The notes beneath the pieces were generated by a model. It had not been told where the DNA came from. It saw only the letters and a list, made by a program, of their open reading frames with translations, and did no database searches. From Torpedo marmorata (lineage: Eukaryota): DNA of 64,000 nucleotides. Where the stretch lies: contig OZ360220.1 of NCBI GenBank assembly GCA_977017645.1, positions 99,572,001 through 99,636,000 of the forward strand, read 5' to 3'. Positions 37,111-48,419 of the stretch are shown here, one piece after another (position 1 is the first letter of the stretch; each line of letters begins with the position of its first letter). Both the position numbers and the translations under genes were made by a program.

Positions 37111-37252
37111 TGACCCACCCCAGAACCGGCGGTATTGTCCTTGTTATTGTCCTTGGTGCCCGGAGGCAAAGTCTCTGCAGCCTTCGGTGGCCTGCCTCTT
37201 CGGCGTGGTGCTGGTGTCTCGACCGGGCGTGCCGGATCCAGGTGTGCCGGCT

Positions 37253-39205
37253 TCAGCCTGTTTTGGTGAAGACCTCCGTCTTGCCTCCGACCTCCAGCTC
37301 GAACATGGCCCCGTTGTTGTGGATGACCCAGAACAGACCCTCGTATGGCCTCTGAAGCGGTGGACAATGTGGACCCCTGCGAATGAAAACATACTCACAG
37401 TGCTGCAGGTCTCTTGGTATGTTGGTCCTCGCGTGTCCGTGCCTGGAAGGTGGAATCGGGGCCTGGTTGCCGACTCTTTCCCTTAGCCTGCCGAGGAACG
37501 CTGCAGAGTCGTCCTGCTGCCCGCCTGGGGATGGCACGAATTCTCCCGGAACCACCAGTGGAGCTCCGTAGACGAGTTCAGCCGAAGAGGTGTTGAGGTC
37601 CTCCTTGGGTGCCATGCGGATGCCCAACAGCACCCATGGTAGCTCGTCTACCCAGTTGGGACCTTGGAGTCTGGTCATGAGCGCGGTCTTGAGGTGCCTG
37701 TGGAAGCGCTCCACCAATCCATTGGACTGTGGGTGGTAAGCTGTTGTGTGATGCAGCTGGGCACCCCACAGCCTGGCAAGGTCAGACCACAGACTGGAGG
37801 TGAACTGGGCCCCTCTGTCAGATGTGATGTGGGATGGTAACCCGAACCGTGCCACCCAGGACGAGATGAGGGCCCTGGGGCACGAGGTTGTGGACGTGTC
37901 TGCCAGCGGGACTGTTTCTGGCCACCTGGTGAAGTGGTCGACCATCGTGAACAGATAGTGGAAACCCTGGGATACCGGCAAGGGTTCTATTATGTCCACG
38001 TGGATGTGGTCGAACCTTCGTTCTACGGGCTCGAAGTGCTGCGGTGGGGTCTTGGTGTGCTGCTGTACCTTGGCTGTTTGGCATTGCGTGCATGCCTTCG
38101 CCCACCCGCTGACCTGTTTCTGCAATCCATGCCACACGTATTTGCTGGCCACCAGCCGGACCGTGGTCCTGATGGATGGGTGAGCCAGTCCGTGGATGGA
38201 GTCGAAAACCTGTCGTCTCCAAGTCGCCGGGACGATGGGTCTGACCTGACCGGTGGCCACGTCGCACAGGAGGGTGGTGTTACCTGTGCCGACTGGGATG
38301 TCCTGGAGCTGCAGTCCCGATATGGCAGTCCTGTACTGGGGCATCTCCTCGTCTTTCTGCTGCACCTCCGCCAGTGCCACGAAGTCCACTCCCCTTGATA
38401 GCGCGTGGATACTTTGCCTGGACAGTGCGTCGGCCACCACGTTGTCCTTACCGGAGACGAGCCTTACATCTGTGGTGTACTCCGAGATGTAAGACAGGCG
38501 GGCCGACCAGGGGTCCGAGATCTTAGCCAAGGTGAAATTCAGGGGCTTGTGATCTGTGAAAGCCGTGAAGGACCTGCCCTCCAGGAAGTACCTGAAGTGG
38601 CGGATGGCTAAGTACAGCGCCAGTAACTCTCTGTTGAAAGCGCTGTACTTCAGTTCTGGAGGCCGCAGATGTTTGCTGAAGAAAGCCAGCGGCCGCCAAC
38701 TTACTTCGATCTGCTGCTCCAGAACTCCGCCGATCGCCGTTCCTGAGGCATCCACCGTCAGGGCCGTTGGAACGTCTGACCTTGGATGTGCCAGGAGAGC
38801 GGCGTCCGCCAGGGCTTCCTTGGCCTTCACGAAGGCTTCTGCTGACTCCTCGTCCCAGGTGGTGTCCTTCGCCTTGCCTCCCATCCGGACGAACAAGGGC
38901 CGCATGATCCGGGCAGCTGAGGGGATGAACCTGTGATAGAAATTGATCATCCCCACGAATTCCTGTAGTCCCTTGGTCGTGTTGGGTCTGGGGAACTTCC
39001 GGATGGCCTCCACTTTACTGGGTAACGGAGTGGCTCCTTCCCCGGTTATCCTGTGGCCCAGGAAGTCGATGGCCTCCAATCCGAACTGGCATTTGACTGG
39101 GTTGATCGTCAGGCCGAACTCGCTCAGTCGGGTGTAGAGGTTGCGGAGGTGCGTCATATGCTCCTGTTGGTTCCTGCTCGCCACCAGGATGTCGTCCAGG
39201 TACAC
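37253..39205 (-). CDS. Gypsy pol remnant: RT C-terminal half (YLDD), RNase H, integrase
   Basis: YLDD; TVDAS...RELLA...TDHKPL...ADALSR; HHCC; D,D35E (HVDII, SDRG, NGLVER). Confidence 0.88.
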   Translation of the reverse strand: MYLDDILVASRNQQEHMTHLRNLYTRLSEFGLTINPVKCQFGLEAIDFLGHRITGEGATPLPSKVEAIRKFPRPNTTKGLQEFVGMINFYHRFIPSAARIMRPLFVRMGGKAKDTTWDEESAEAFVKAKEALADAALLAHPRSDVPTALTVDASGTAIGGVLEQQIEVSWRPLAFFSKHLRPPELKYSAFNRELLALYLAIRHFRYFLEGRSFTAFTDHKPLNFTLAKISDPWSARLSYISEYTTDVRLVSGKDNVVADALSRQSIHALSRGVDFVALAEVQQKDEEMPQYRTAISGLQLQDIPVGTGNTTLLCDVATGQVRPIVPATWRRQVFDSIHGLAHPSIRTTVRLVASKYVWHGLQKQVSGWAKACTQCQTAKVQQHTKTPPQHFEPVERRFDHIHVDIIEPLPVSQGFHYLFTMVDHFTRWPETVPLADTSTTSCPRALISSWVARFGLPSHITSDRGAQFTSSLWSDLARLWGAQLHHTTAYHPQSNGLVERFHRHLKTALMTRLQGPNWVDELPWVLLGIRMAPKEDLNTSSAELVYGAPLVVPGEFVPSPGGQQDDSAAFLGRLRERVGNQAPIPPSRHGHARTNIPRDLQHCEYVFIRRGPHCPPLQRPYEGLFWVIHNNGAMFELEVGGKTEVFTKTG

Positions 39206-39784
39206 GAAGCTTCCTGAATTCCTCCTTCGCCAGCTGGAGCTTCTCTGGAGGAAGGCGTCTTGCCCTTGCGTGGAGCGGCGGGCCCTGGGTCAGGATGTGG
39301 TGCTGTACTCCATGTCGGGGCATCACCGTGGTGAATGGGGGGTGAGCACTGTAGGGAACTCGGCCAGGACCCTGGCGTACTCGTTGTACGATCTCTGTAC
39401 GGAGTCCAGGTGGAGTGCTGGGAGCCTGGCATCTTTGAGGGGGAAGGTTTGAAAAGTCTTGGCGTGGATCAATCTCCTTCCCTTGAGGTCCACTAGCAGG
39501 TTGTGGGCACGCAGGAAGTCCGCCCCAAGGAGCGGCTGTTTCACTGCGACCAGCGTGAACACCCACGAGAAGGGGCTGCCTCCCAATTGCAGTTCGGCCT
39601 TGCGGGTACCGAAGGTCAGAATCGTGCTGTTGTTGGCAGCCCTCAGTGTGGGGCCTGTTCCTGGTGTCCTGTCCCAACGGGGGCAGGACGCTGACCTCTG
39701 CTCCTGTGTCCACGAGGAAGGTTCGTCCGGACTGGCGGTCCCAAACGTACAGAAGGCTGTCTTGGTGGCCAGCCGTTGTGGCCA

Positions 39785-40477
39785 TTAGCGACGGCTGGCC
39801 CTGGCATTTCCCTGAAACGTGCATGGTGGCTTGCACCGGCGGGCTCCGGCGCCCCATCTCTGGTGGTAGAAACACCACTGGTCATCTGGATCACCTCCTC
39901 TGGGGCGCTGCTGTTCTCTCGGCGGCTCTGCACGGGTCTGGCTGCGGGGTTTAGTGACGAGCCCCACGGACGCCGAGCACTCTCTCTTCTGTTTCCACAG
40001 AACGTCCGATCGTGCTGCGATTTTCCGGGGGTCGCTGAAATCCACGTCAGCCAGGAGCAGTTGGATGTCCTCAGGCAATTGCTCCAGGAATGCCTGCTCG
40101 AACATGATGCAGGGCTCGTGTTTGCCCAGGAGGGCCAGCATCTCGTTCATGAGGGCTGACGGGGGCCTGTCCCCTAGCCCGTCCAGGTGGAGCAGACATG
40201 CCCCTCTCTCGCGCCGTGAGAGCCTGAAGGTCTCGATCAGCAAGTCCTTGAAGGCGGTGTACGCGCCTTTCGATGGGGGATCCTGGATGAAGTTGGCCAC
40301 CCGGCCTGCTGTGTCCTGATCCAAGGCGCACACCACGTGGTAGTACCGGGTGGATTCTGCTGTGATCTGCCATATCTGGAACTGTGCCTCATCCTGGTCA
40401 AACCACACGCGTGGTTGATTCGTCCAGAAGGTCGGCAGCTTGAGAGCGACTGCGTTGACTACTGCCTGTTCGCTCAT
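39785..40477 (-). CDS. Gypsy gag
   Basis: 230 aa; KLPTFW...PRVWF; C-terminal CFYHQRWGAGARRCKPPC. Protease LVDTGA follows in the -1 frame. Confidence 0.85.
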   Translation of the reverse strand: MSEQAVVNAVALKLPTFWTNQPRVWFDQDEAQFQIWQITAESTRYYHVVCALDQDTAGRVANFIQDPPSKGAYTAFKDLLIETFRLSRRERGACLLHLDGLGDRPPSALMNEMLALLGKHEPCIMFEQAFLEQLPEDIQLLLADVDFSDPRKIAARSDVLWKQKRECSASVGLVTKPRSQTRAEPPREQQRPRGGDPDDQWCFYHQRWGAGARRCKPPCTFQGNARASRR

Positions 40478-40518
40478 CGCTGGGTTTAGATACCGTCTAA
40501 ACCGTCGGGGTCACGAAT

Positions 40519-40912
40519 TGTAGCAGCGCGCTACTCGAAAGAAGACACACACACACGTTGTGTAGTCAGGTTAAGCTCTGAGTTTTATTAGGGTTCAGGT
40601 CCGACTTTTATATTTGCACTGTTCCCGCCGTGGCCTCCTTTTGCTGACGTCACAACATGCATAACAAAAGCGGGTTTCCCGCGCGCGGGTACTTTCCTGC
40701 ATAACAATACCCTTCTTCCCCGCGCGCTGTACCTGTCTGTTGGCTGCGCAGCAAGGCCAGCGCCATTTTGGAGTCGCTGGCCTTTAAGCTGCCCTTGCCG
40801 TTCACCCGCCGGTTCGCTTGTTGGGGCCAGTGCCGCTGCGCAGGCTGCTGGCCATTGGTTGCGCTCGCTGCCCGGAGCGCCGGCTTGATCGCCGCCGTGG
40901 CGGGCCGCCACA
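40519..40912 (-). repeat. 5' LTR
   Basis: Followed on the minus strand by PBS TCGTGACCCCGACG. Confidence 0.93.
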
Positions 40913-43479
40913 GTAATACAATAAAAGTAACATATATAATAAAAAAAACAATTACCCAGAACCTCCCCCCCCACAAAGAAAAAAAAACTAAACAAAACAA
41001 GTGGTCGACAATGTTTATATAATTTCTAATTTCAAATATATTAAAAAAAGACAAACTCCAAGGCTTCCCGGCAACAGGGCTTATCGCATGAAGGAACCCA
41101 AAACAAATTAATAGCAAATCTTCTTTGATTTAATTTATCCTGACCCCAAATAATCTAAATAAGGTTGCCAAATTTTATAAAAAAATAACCTGTTTGTTTT
41201 TAATGTTATACGTAATTTTCTCCAATGGAATACAACTATTTATTTCTGAGGTCCATCTATCAATAGACAATGGGGAATCCGACTTCCAAGTCGTCATTAA
41301 ACACTTTCTAGCAGAGTAACTCCAATAACTTTAGATAAGATGTCACAGAGATTATGCCAAAATTGTCTCAACTTACAGCACATCCATGTTGAATGTAAAA
41401 AAGAACCAACCTCCGTTCCACATCTAAAACACAACTCTGATAATTCTGTTTTAAATTTATGTAATTTCTGTGGAGTCAAATATAATTGATGAAGAAAATT
41501 ATAGGAGACCAAACTATAACGTACATTTATAGTAATTAACATACTATTCTGACACAATTCTGACCATAATTCTTCATCAATTACTATACCTAAGTCTGAT
41601 TCCCATCTTATCCTGGTCTTATTATGTCCCAATTTAGGCTCTTGATCTTGTAACAATAAATACATTCTCGAAATAAATTTATACATATTTCCTTCTTGAA
41701 GTATTTTTTCCGCATCTGTCAATGAGGGTAGGACCATATCAGGTCCTAAAGTGTTCCTAAAATATGATAGGGCAGCTCAAACACAAACTCTGCCTGAATC
41801 ATTTTCCTCTGCAATAATTACAGTAATTCCAAAGAAAAATAAAGATCCTTTGAAATGTTCTTCATATCGCCCTATTTCACTTTTAAATGCAGATTATAAG
41901 ATAATCTCTAAAATATTGGCGAACAGACTTAGTGATTGTTTACCGAGATTAATAAATCCAGACCAATGTGGTTTTATTAAGAAACGGTTTTCTTCCAATA
42001 ATTTATATAGATTTTTTAATATTCCTGTAATATATTTAGCAAAATAAAGAGGTGAACCAAGTATAGAAGTTACACTGGACGCAGAGAAAGCTTTTGATAG
42101 ATTGGAATGGTCGTATTTGTTTAAGGTTTTGGAAAAATTTGGATTTGGACAATCATTTATTAATTGGGTTAAAACACTTTATTATAAACCACAAGCTAGG
42201 GTTACCACTAATGGACAGACTTCAGAAAGGTTCTCTTTGAATAGATCCAGTCGGCAAGGTTGTCCTTTGTCTCCTGGACTTTTTGTTCCAGCAATTGAGC
42301 CAATGGCAGAAGTGATTAGATTAGACTCTGAAATAAAAGGTTTTAAAATGGGCCAGGTGGAACATAGAATAAATTTATTTGACGACGATGTGATTCTGTA
42401 TTTGACTGATCCGGTTAATTCTCTTACTAAATTACAAATATTGTTGAAAAATTATGGTGAGATTTCAGGATACAAGGTGAACTGATAAATCCGAAATCAT
42501 TCCATGGTTAAATTTGACTGTACGGAATGTAAACGTGTAGGTTTGTTTAAATGGATTAAGGAGAGTATAAAATATCTTGGTAGATACTGATTTAAAAAGT
42601 TTATATAAACTTAATTATTCTCCACTTCTTAGTAAAATTGAAGAAGATTTAATGAGATGGATGTCATTACCTATTACCTTGATTGGTAGGGTTAATTGTG
42701 TTAAAATGAATATACTACCAAGAATACAATATGTTTATTTCAGTCTCCACCTATTTTTTTTACCAAAAACTTTTTTTCAAAATTTGGATAAAATTATTGG
42801 GTGATTTATATGGAGAAATAAAATAGCTAGAAGGGCTATATGAAAATTAACATGGGATTATAGACTGGGGGGTCTCCGTTTACCTAACTTTAGAAACTAT
42901 TATTTAGCTGCACAGATGTGATTTATTATATATATTTTTTGAAGGGGTTAATACACCATCTTGGATACAACTTGGTCTGTATCCCTTGAAAGAGGAAGTT
43001 TATAATGATTTTATATATAAATGGAATTTTAAAACTATAACTAAAAGAACTGATAATCCAATTTTAAAACATTTGCTTAAGATTTGGGGGGATACCCATG
43101 AAGGTTTGGGAATTAAAAAGATAGTGTCACCTAAAACATCCTTAAGAAAGAATGAACTTATACCTATGACTCTTAATAATAGAGCAATGGAAATTTGGAA
43201 TAGTAAAGGAATTAGATATATAGAAAACTGTTATGAAAATGGACTTCTTATGTCTTTTGAAGGACTGAAAGAGAGGTATAATTTACCTAATAGAACTTTT
43301 TTTTGACCGTACACTTTCCAACATTGTATTTCATTTGCCACTTCTCTGCCCATTCTCCTAATCTGTCTGAGTCCTTCTGCAGCCTCTCCATTTCCTCAAC
43401 ATTGCCTGCTCCTCCACCTGCATCTGCTAATCCAGAACCTATCAATCTCTGCCTTAAATACACCCAATGACTTGATCTC

Positions 43480-44050
43480 CATAAGTACCATCTGCTTCAT
43501 CAAGCACCAATCCTCTGTCCTTGGGCGCGTGTCGGATCTCCTGATTGCCAGCTGCTTTAATTCCCTTCACCGGTCCCAAGTAGACATGTCTGTCATCAAC
43601 TTATCCATTGCCAGAGCAAGGCCAAATGTAAACTTAAGGAGCAACATTCCTCCTGTGTAGCCTAGAGCTCAACGACATGAACTCCAAGTTCATGGGTTCT
43701 TGGGTTCTCCAAGTTTAGAAACCTCCCACCCCGATCTGGTTCAACTGTTTCCATCTGTCCTTTACCTGTTCCTGATCTAATTTTCTTTCGACTCCCCCCA
43801 CCCCCCCAACCCCCCATGGTCTCCTCGTCTACCTGTCTCTCACCTCTCACACCCTCGGTGTCCAGCATCCCTTCACCTCTCGGTCCCTTCTCAGCCCTCT
43901 CCCTCTCTTTATGTTTGCTATCTCCCCTTCTCACTTTAGTCTCAGCAGAGGGTCTCAACCATTTCTCTCCATGGATGATGCCTGACCCGCTGAGACCCTC
44001 CATCGTCTCCTTGTTCACTCAAGGTTCCAGCATCTGCAGTTCTTGACTTC
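43480..44050 (+). mobile_element. Degenerate Penelope 3' end/pLTR
   Basis: TTTAATTCCCTTCACCGGTCCCAAGTAGACATGTCTGTC...; ends CAGCATCTGCAGTTCTTG. Confidence 0.6.
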
Positions 44051-44427
44051 CTATCTAGTTAATGTTATTACATGTTTCCAATATTTAGAGTTTCTCTTGC
44101 TGTGTTCTGAGCTGTGAACAGACATTGAAAAAATGAACGGTTTCTCTCTGAAACTCGTGTCAGGTTGTCGTTACTGCGTCTTTAGGGGAATGTGACAAAT
44201 TGAATCATTCTCTGCATGAGGACAATGGTCTGAATGGCTTCTTTCTGTGGGTGATTCGGATTATCATTGTTCAATGAATGTGTAAACAGGACATTAGGGG
44301 AGCAGCCACTGTGTGTCTGTCTGTGTCTGTGTCTGGTGGCTGTTACTTGGATATGTTTCCATATGCACCAATGGAAATGCAGCCGGTCAGGTTATTAGAC
44401 TGAACCCCTGTTCTCTTCCATACACAG

Positions 44428-44481
44428 GATACGGTGACTGTGGAGACTGTTCCTGGGCTGGACACACCAGACCCACAGTGA
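44428..44481 (+). CDS. MAMDC4: MAMDC4 last coding exon
   Basis: Pyrimidine tract and CAG acceptor; DTVTVETVPGLDTPDPQ* resembles the mammalian end DGVTLPASVTSDP (recalled); phase 0 matches the previous exon. Confidence 0.75.
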   Translation, partial: DTVTVETVPGLDTPDPQ

Positions 44482-44543
44482 GCCTCAGGAGGAGCAGGAT
44501 GCATCCGACCCAACACTCCATGTACGATAAAATCTCTCTCTTT

Positions 44544-44549
44544 AATAAA
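44544..44549 (+). terminator. Candidate MAMDC4 polyadenylation signal
   Basis: AATAAA ~60 nt after the stop codon, with GT/T-rich sequence downstream. Confidence 0.5.
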
Positions 44550-45078
44550 GATACTGTGAGCCTGGGAGTACTTTCTTCTGAATGATTTGTTGATTTTGCT
44601 TACGTTACATCGTGCTGTTGATCACTCACAGGTCAGTTTGCAACCATCAGGAAGTTGGCCTTGGACTGAGTGATCGGGCCACACGCAGGATCAAACGCAG
44701 GTCTACATGCAGAGCTATACACAGGACAATGTACAGGGCAAAATGCAGGGTGATGCAAAGGGCAAAACAAGACTATATATGGGGTGACACACAGGGCTGC
44801 AAAGTGCCATGTTCAAGGCTACACAGGGTTGGATGCAGGGCTACAAATCCAGCGAGGTGAGCTCCAAACTCGAGGAGCTTTCGTTCTCTGCAATAGGATT
44901 TGAACTGGTTTTGTCAATTCAGTATCCCACAACCTTTCTGTGCCTCCCTCAACTCTTGTCCTAGTTCTTTTTCTCTGAATTATTCACAAGACAGATGATA
45001 GTGTCAGGGTGGAAGAATGAAACCCTGTATTATAGCATCTTTACTCTCAGGGAAGGAAAGGCGAAGGGTCCCCCACAC

Positions 45079-45453
45079 CAGTGGTTCTCAACTTTTTTTT
45101 CCCAAGTCAAGTCAAGTTTATTGTCATCCGATTGTACAAGTACAACTCGACGAAACAGCGTTCTCCGGTCCTCGGTGCAAAACATGCAGACACACAACCA
45201 GACATAACACACATACAGACAAACAATACATATGCAGGACAAGTTTTATATCTATAAAAATAAATAAATAAATAAATTTTGCTTTGTACAAATGAGAGTC
45301 TCGGAAGTTTAGTGTGAGCTGTTCCTTTGGTCGTTCAGCATTCTCAGTGCCCGTGGGAGGAAGCACAGAGCACCTAATGCATAGGATGGCATTCCTTAGT
45401 AAGGGATTACTTAAGGTGGTATGGGAGTGGAAAAAAAAGGTGGAGAACCACTG
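45079..45453. mobile_element. hAT MITE (same family as 13075) containing a Rex1-type 3' fragment (~45103-45364, minus)
   Basis: TIRs CAGTGGTTCTCAAC / GGTGGAGAACCACTG; imperfect TSD CCCCACAC/CTCTACAC; insert starts CAAGTCAAGTCAAGTTTATTGTCAT. Confidence 0.75.
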
Positions 45454-45599
45454 CTCTACACTGGCCCATCACACACTCCCAGGTTAGGGGCTTGATGGGT
45501 TATACACAGAGTAAATCTCTATCCATACAACACACTCTCAAAATGGCCTTTCTCAGGTCCATACAGTGGGCTGTTGAAGGTTCTGGCCCTGCCCTTGCC

Positions 45600-45802
45600 T
45601 CTGCCCCCCCCCCCCACCTCGAGGATACGCCCGTGCCTGGCTGATCCTGGAGAGGGACGGTGCGCTGTCTGCTGGTTCGCTAGAAGCCTTTAGCGACCGG
45701 TGAGTGCTGCAGGGACTGGATTGCATCCTGGACAGACAGAAATCATATTTTAATTTTTTTTAAAGCGAACCTTGGGAACAGTTAAATAAAGTTAAAACAA
45801 AA
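45600..45802 (+). mobile_element. Tx1-like LINE 3' fragment
   Basis: RGYARAWLILERDGALSAGSLEAF...QGLDCILD, then an AATAAA/A-rich end. Confidence 0.55.
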
Positions 45803-46667
45803 CAGGTTAGACACAGAGCAAGGTGTGCTCTCCCCTGTCCATCACGCATCCAGGGCAGGGCCACTGACTCCAATGTATTGCAGAACATGGAGGTGTGAAA
45901 GTCAGTGTTGGAGTCAGAGAGAGAGAGAAAGAGAGAGAAAATAATTCATTCTCCATCTGCCTTTGCTGGTGGGGAGGAGGAACTTTAATCAGACTTAAGA
46001 GGAACCTTTATGGTGGATACTGAGAGGCTGCTCCTCCCCTGCACCCAGCACCAGGAACAGTTGGGCATGGGGGTTGTCAGAGGGTGGAAGGTAAACTGAA
46101 CCCTCTGAGTGGGAGAAAGGCATGGAGGGAGATCAAACACATCAAGGACACCCAGTCAGAGCCTGAGAGGCCTGGGCCCCACCCTGGGGAGACCACCTGT
46201 CTCGAGGCCGATCATGGGCCTGAGGGATGAAGGTCTCGGAGTCTTTATCTCCAGACTCCAGGCCCTTCGTCTCAGATAGAGAGGAGCTCTGAGGTACAGG
46301 GACCATGTAATTGGCAGGGAGGATTCGGCTACTGGGATAGGTCCCCATCCCACAGTCAACAACAGCGTGGCCTCCAACTCGAGAGGGGGACTGTCTCACA
46401 GGAGAAGAGGAATGGGGAGACCCTGCAGCACCAAACCCCTTCCCCATGGGCAGACTAAGGATGCCCTGTAGTTGGGGATGCTTGGGAACTCCCCACAGCT
46501 GCGTCTTCCTCTGCTGCTGGGTTGGGGTTCCTGGGATGGCCAGGAATAGGTTGGATCCTCCTTCCACACAGAAAGATGGGCAAAAATAAAAACTTATTTC
46601 GATTTGTCCTTTCTGGGAGAACAGAACAAAAATAGGCAGGAGGTCAACTCTTCAATCCGAGATGGGT

Positions 46668-47749
46668 GCTCAATACCATTATTCCCTCAGTGCTGGTCAA
46701 GAAGCTACAAACTCTAGGCCTCTGTACCCCCCTCTGCAACTGGATCCTTGACTTTCTCATCGGAAGACCACAGTCAGTACGAATTGGAAACAACGTCTCC
46801 TCCTCACTGATTATCAACACAGGCGCACCCCAAGGATGCGTGCTTAGTCCACTGCTCTACTCGTTATACACCCATGACTGTGTGGCCAGGCACAATTCCA
46901 ATGCCATCTACAAGTTTGCCGATGACACCACAGTTGTCGGCAGAATCACAAACGGCAATGAGGAAGCGTACAGGAGGGAGATAGATCAGCTCGTTGAATG
47001 GTGTAACGACAACAACCTTGAGCTCAATGTCAGCAAAACCAAGGAGATGATTGTGGACTTCAGGAGGAAGTCAGGGGAACACGACGCAGTCCTCATCGAG
47101 GGCTCAGTAGTGGAGAGGGTCAAGAACTTCAAATTCCTGGGTGTCAACATCTCCGAGGATCTGTCCTGGAACATCCATGTTGATGCAATCACAAAGAAGG
47201 CTCGTCAGTGGCTATACTTTGTGAGGTGTCTGAGGAGATTCGGTATGTCACCGAAGACTCTTGTAAACTTCTACAGGTGTACCGTGGAGAGCATTCTGGC
47301 TGGTTGCATCACTGCCTGGTATGGAGGCGCCAACTCCCAGGACAAGAGTAAACTCCAGAGGGTTGTTAACTCGACCTGTGACATCACAGGCACCAAACTT
47401 CACTCCATCCAGGATATCTACACGAGGCGGTGTCTTAAAAAAGCAGCCTCTATCCTCAAAGACCCCCACCACCCAGGCCATGCCCTCTTCACTCTGCTTC
47501 CATCGGGAAAAAGGTACAGGAGCCTAAAGACGAGCACTCAACGGCACAAGGTCAGCTTCTTCCCCGCTGCCATCAGATTCCTGAATAATCAATGAACCAA
47601 AGACACTGCCTTACTATTCGTGCACTATTGTTTATAATTTTTAATAGTAATGTCGTTAGATGGTTAATATGAATGTTAATTGCACTATGATGCTGCCGCA
47701 AAACACCGAATTTCATGACTTGTTCATGACAATAAATTCTGATTCTGAT
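46668..47749 (+). mobile_element. Rex1/Babar LINE, 5' truncated, with an open RT C-terminal ORF (46666-47595)
   Basis: [53 protein letters not shown]; tail AATAAATTCTGATTCTGA. Confidence 0.9.
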
Positions 47750-47891
47750 CCTGCAGAGGGCGCTGCAGCCGGAGGCCAAGTAGTTCGTGCTGATTGACGT
47801 GGACACGTAGCCAACCAGCAAGAGAGTTTCGCCTCGCTGGCCAATGGGCTATGAGAGAAGTGGAATTTCCGGCTGCTCTGCCCGGGCGAGG
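47750..47891 (+). promoter_or_regulatory. TRUB2 proximal promoter/5' UTR (CpG-rich)
   Basis: TGACGT (CRE-like) at ~47795, CCAAT at 47841, TTCCGG (ETS-like) at ~47867; the CpG-rich stretch extends into intron 1. Confidence 0.6.
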
Positions 47892-47994
47892 ATGAGGGCC
47901 GCGCGGTTGCTGAGCGGCCTGTTCGCCGTCTACAAACCGGCCGGCGTCCATTGGAAGAGAATCCGTGACACCGTGGAAACCAACCTGCTGAAAG
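47892..47994 (+). CDS. TRUB2: TRUB2 exon 1 (mitochondrial pseudouridine synthase)
   Basis: MRAARLLSGLFAVYKPAGVHWKRIRDTVETNLLK; donor GTGAGG. Confidence 0.92.
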
Positions 47995-48044
47995 GTGAGG
48001 AGTCAGCTCCCGGGTAAAGCGTGAGGAAAGGTCGGCATTCCCGC

Positions 48045-48205
48045 CCCCCCCCCCCATCCCGGCACGGCCCGCCCCCCCCACCCCATCCCCGGCCCGCCCC
48101 CCCCACCCCATCCCCGGCCCGCCCCCCCCACCCCATCCCCGGCCCGCCCCCATCCCGGCCCGCCCCGCCCCCATCCCGGCCCGCCCCCCCATCCCGGCCC
48201 GCCTT
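48045..48205. repeat. GC-rich short tandem repeat (CCCCATCCCCGGCCCGCCCC)n
   Basis: Direct repetition. Confidence 0.85.
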
Positions 48206-48419
48206 GAACCCATCCCCGGACCCGCTAACTCCGTTATCCATTAACTAGACACCGGCGACTCCCCGGTCACTGACGGTGACCCTGAGACTGAAGTCCTGTC
48301 TCCTCCACCCACATGCACTTGGGATCATGATTAAAGGCAAATCCCGGAAACCTGGTTGAGGGAAGGGCAGGTCTGGCAGCTTATTCTGGGGTACAGAATT
48401 TTCATATATGGTAGAGTAC

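Larger units (their letters stand above)
36722..40912 (-). mobile_element. Gypsy LTR retrotransposon, CsRn1/Kabuki/Boudicca-like, RT partly deleted
   Basis: TG...CA LTRs at 36722-37110 and 40519-40912; 4-bp TSD GTAA; tRNA-Trp-like PBS at 40503-40516; PPT just inside 37111; CHCC gag motif. Confidence 0.93.
36641..43304 (-). mobile_element. L1 (second family) with 5' inversion and 15-bp TSD
   Basis: TSD GACCGTACACTTTCC at 36626-36640 and 43305-43319. The 3' part is on minus (36641-36721, 40913-~41769) and the RT part on plus (~41770-43304). Confidence 0.9.
35843..43420 (-). mobile_element. CR1 fragment (35843-36640 and 43320-43420) split by a nested L1
   Basis: LYKALVRPHLEYCEQFWAP; the CR1 sequence resumes after the duplicated GACCGTACACTTTCC. 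Confidence 0.8.

Noticed and set aside
45590-45720. CpG-containing stretch as a promoter or COQ4 exon
   Set aside because: It translates as a Tx1-like LINE C-terminus similar to 30640-30910.
46142-46567. 141-aa minus-strand ORF between the two genes
   Set aside because: No recognisable domain or splice structure.
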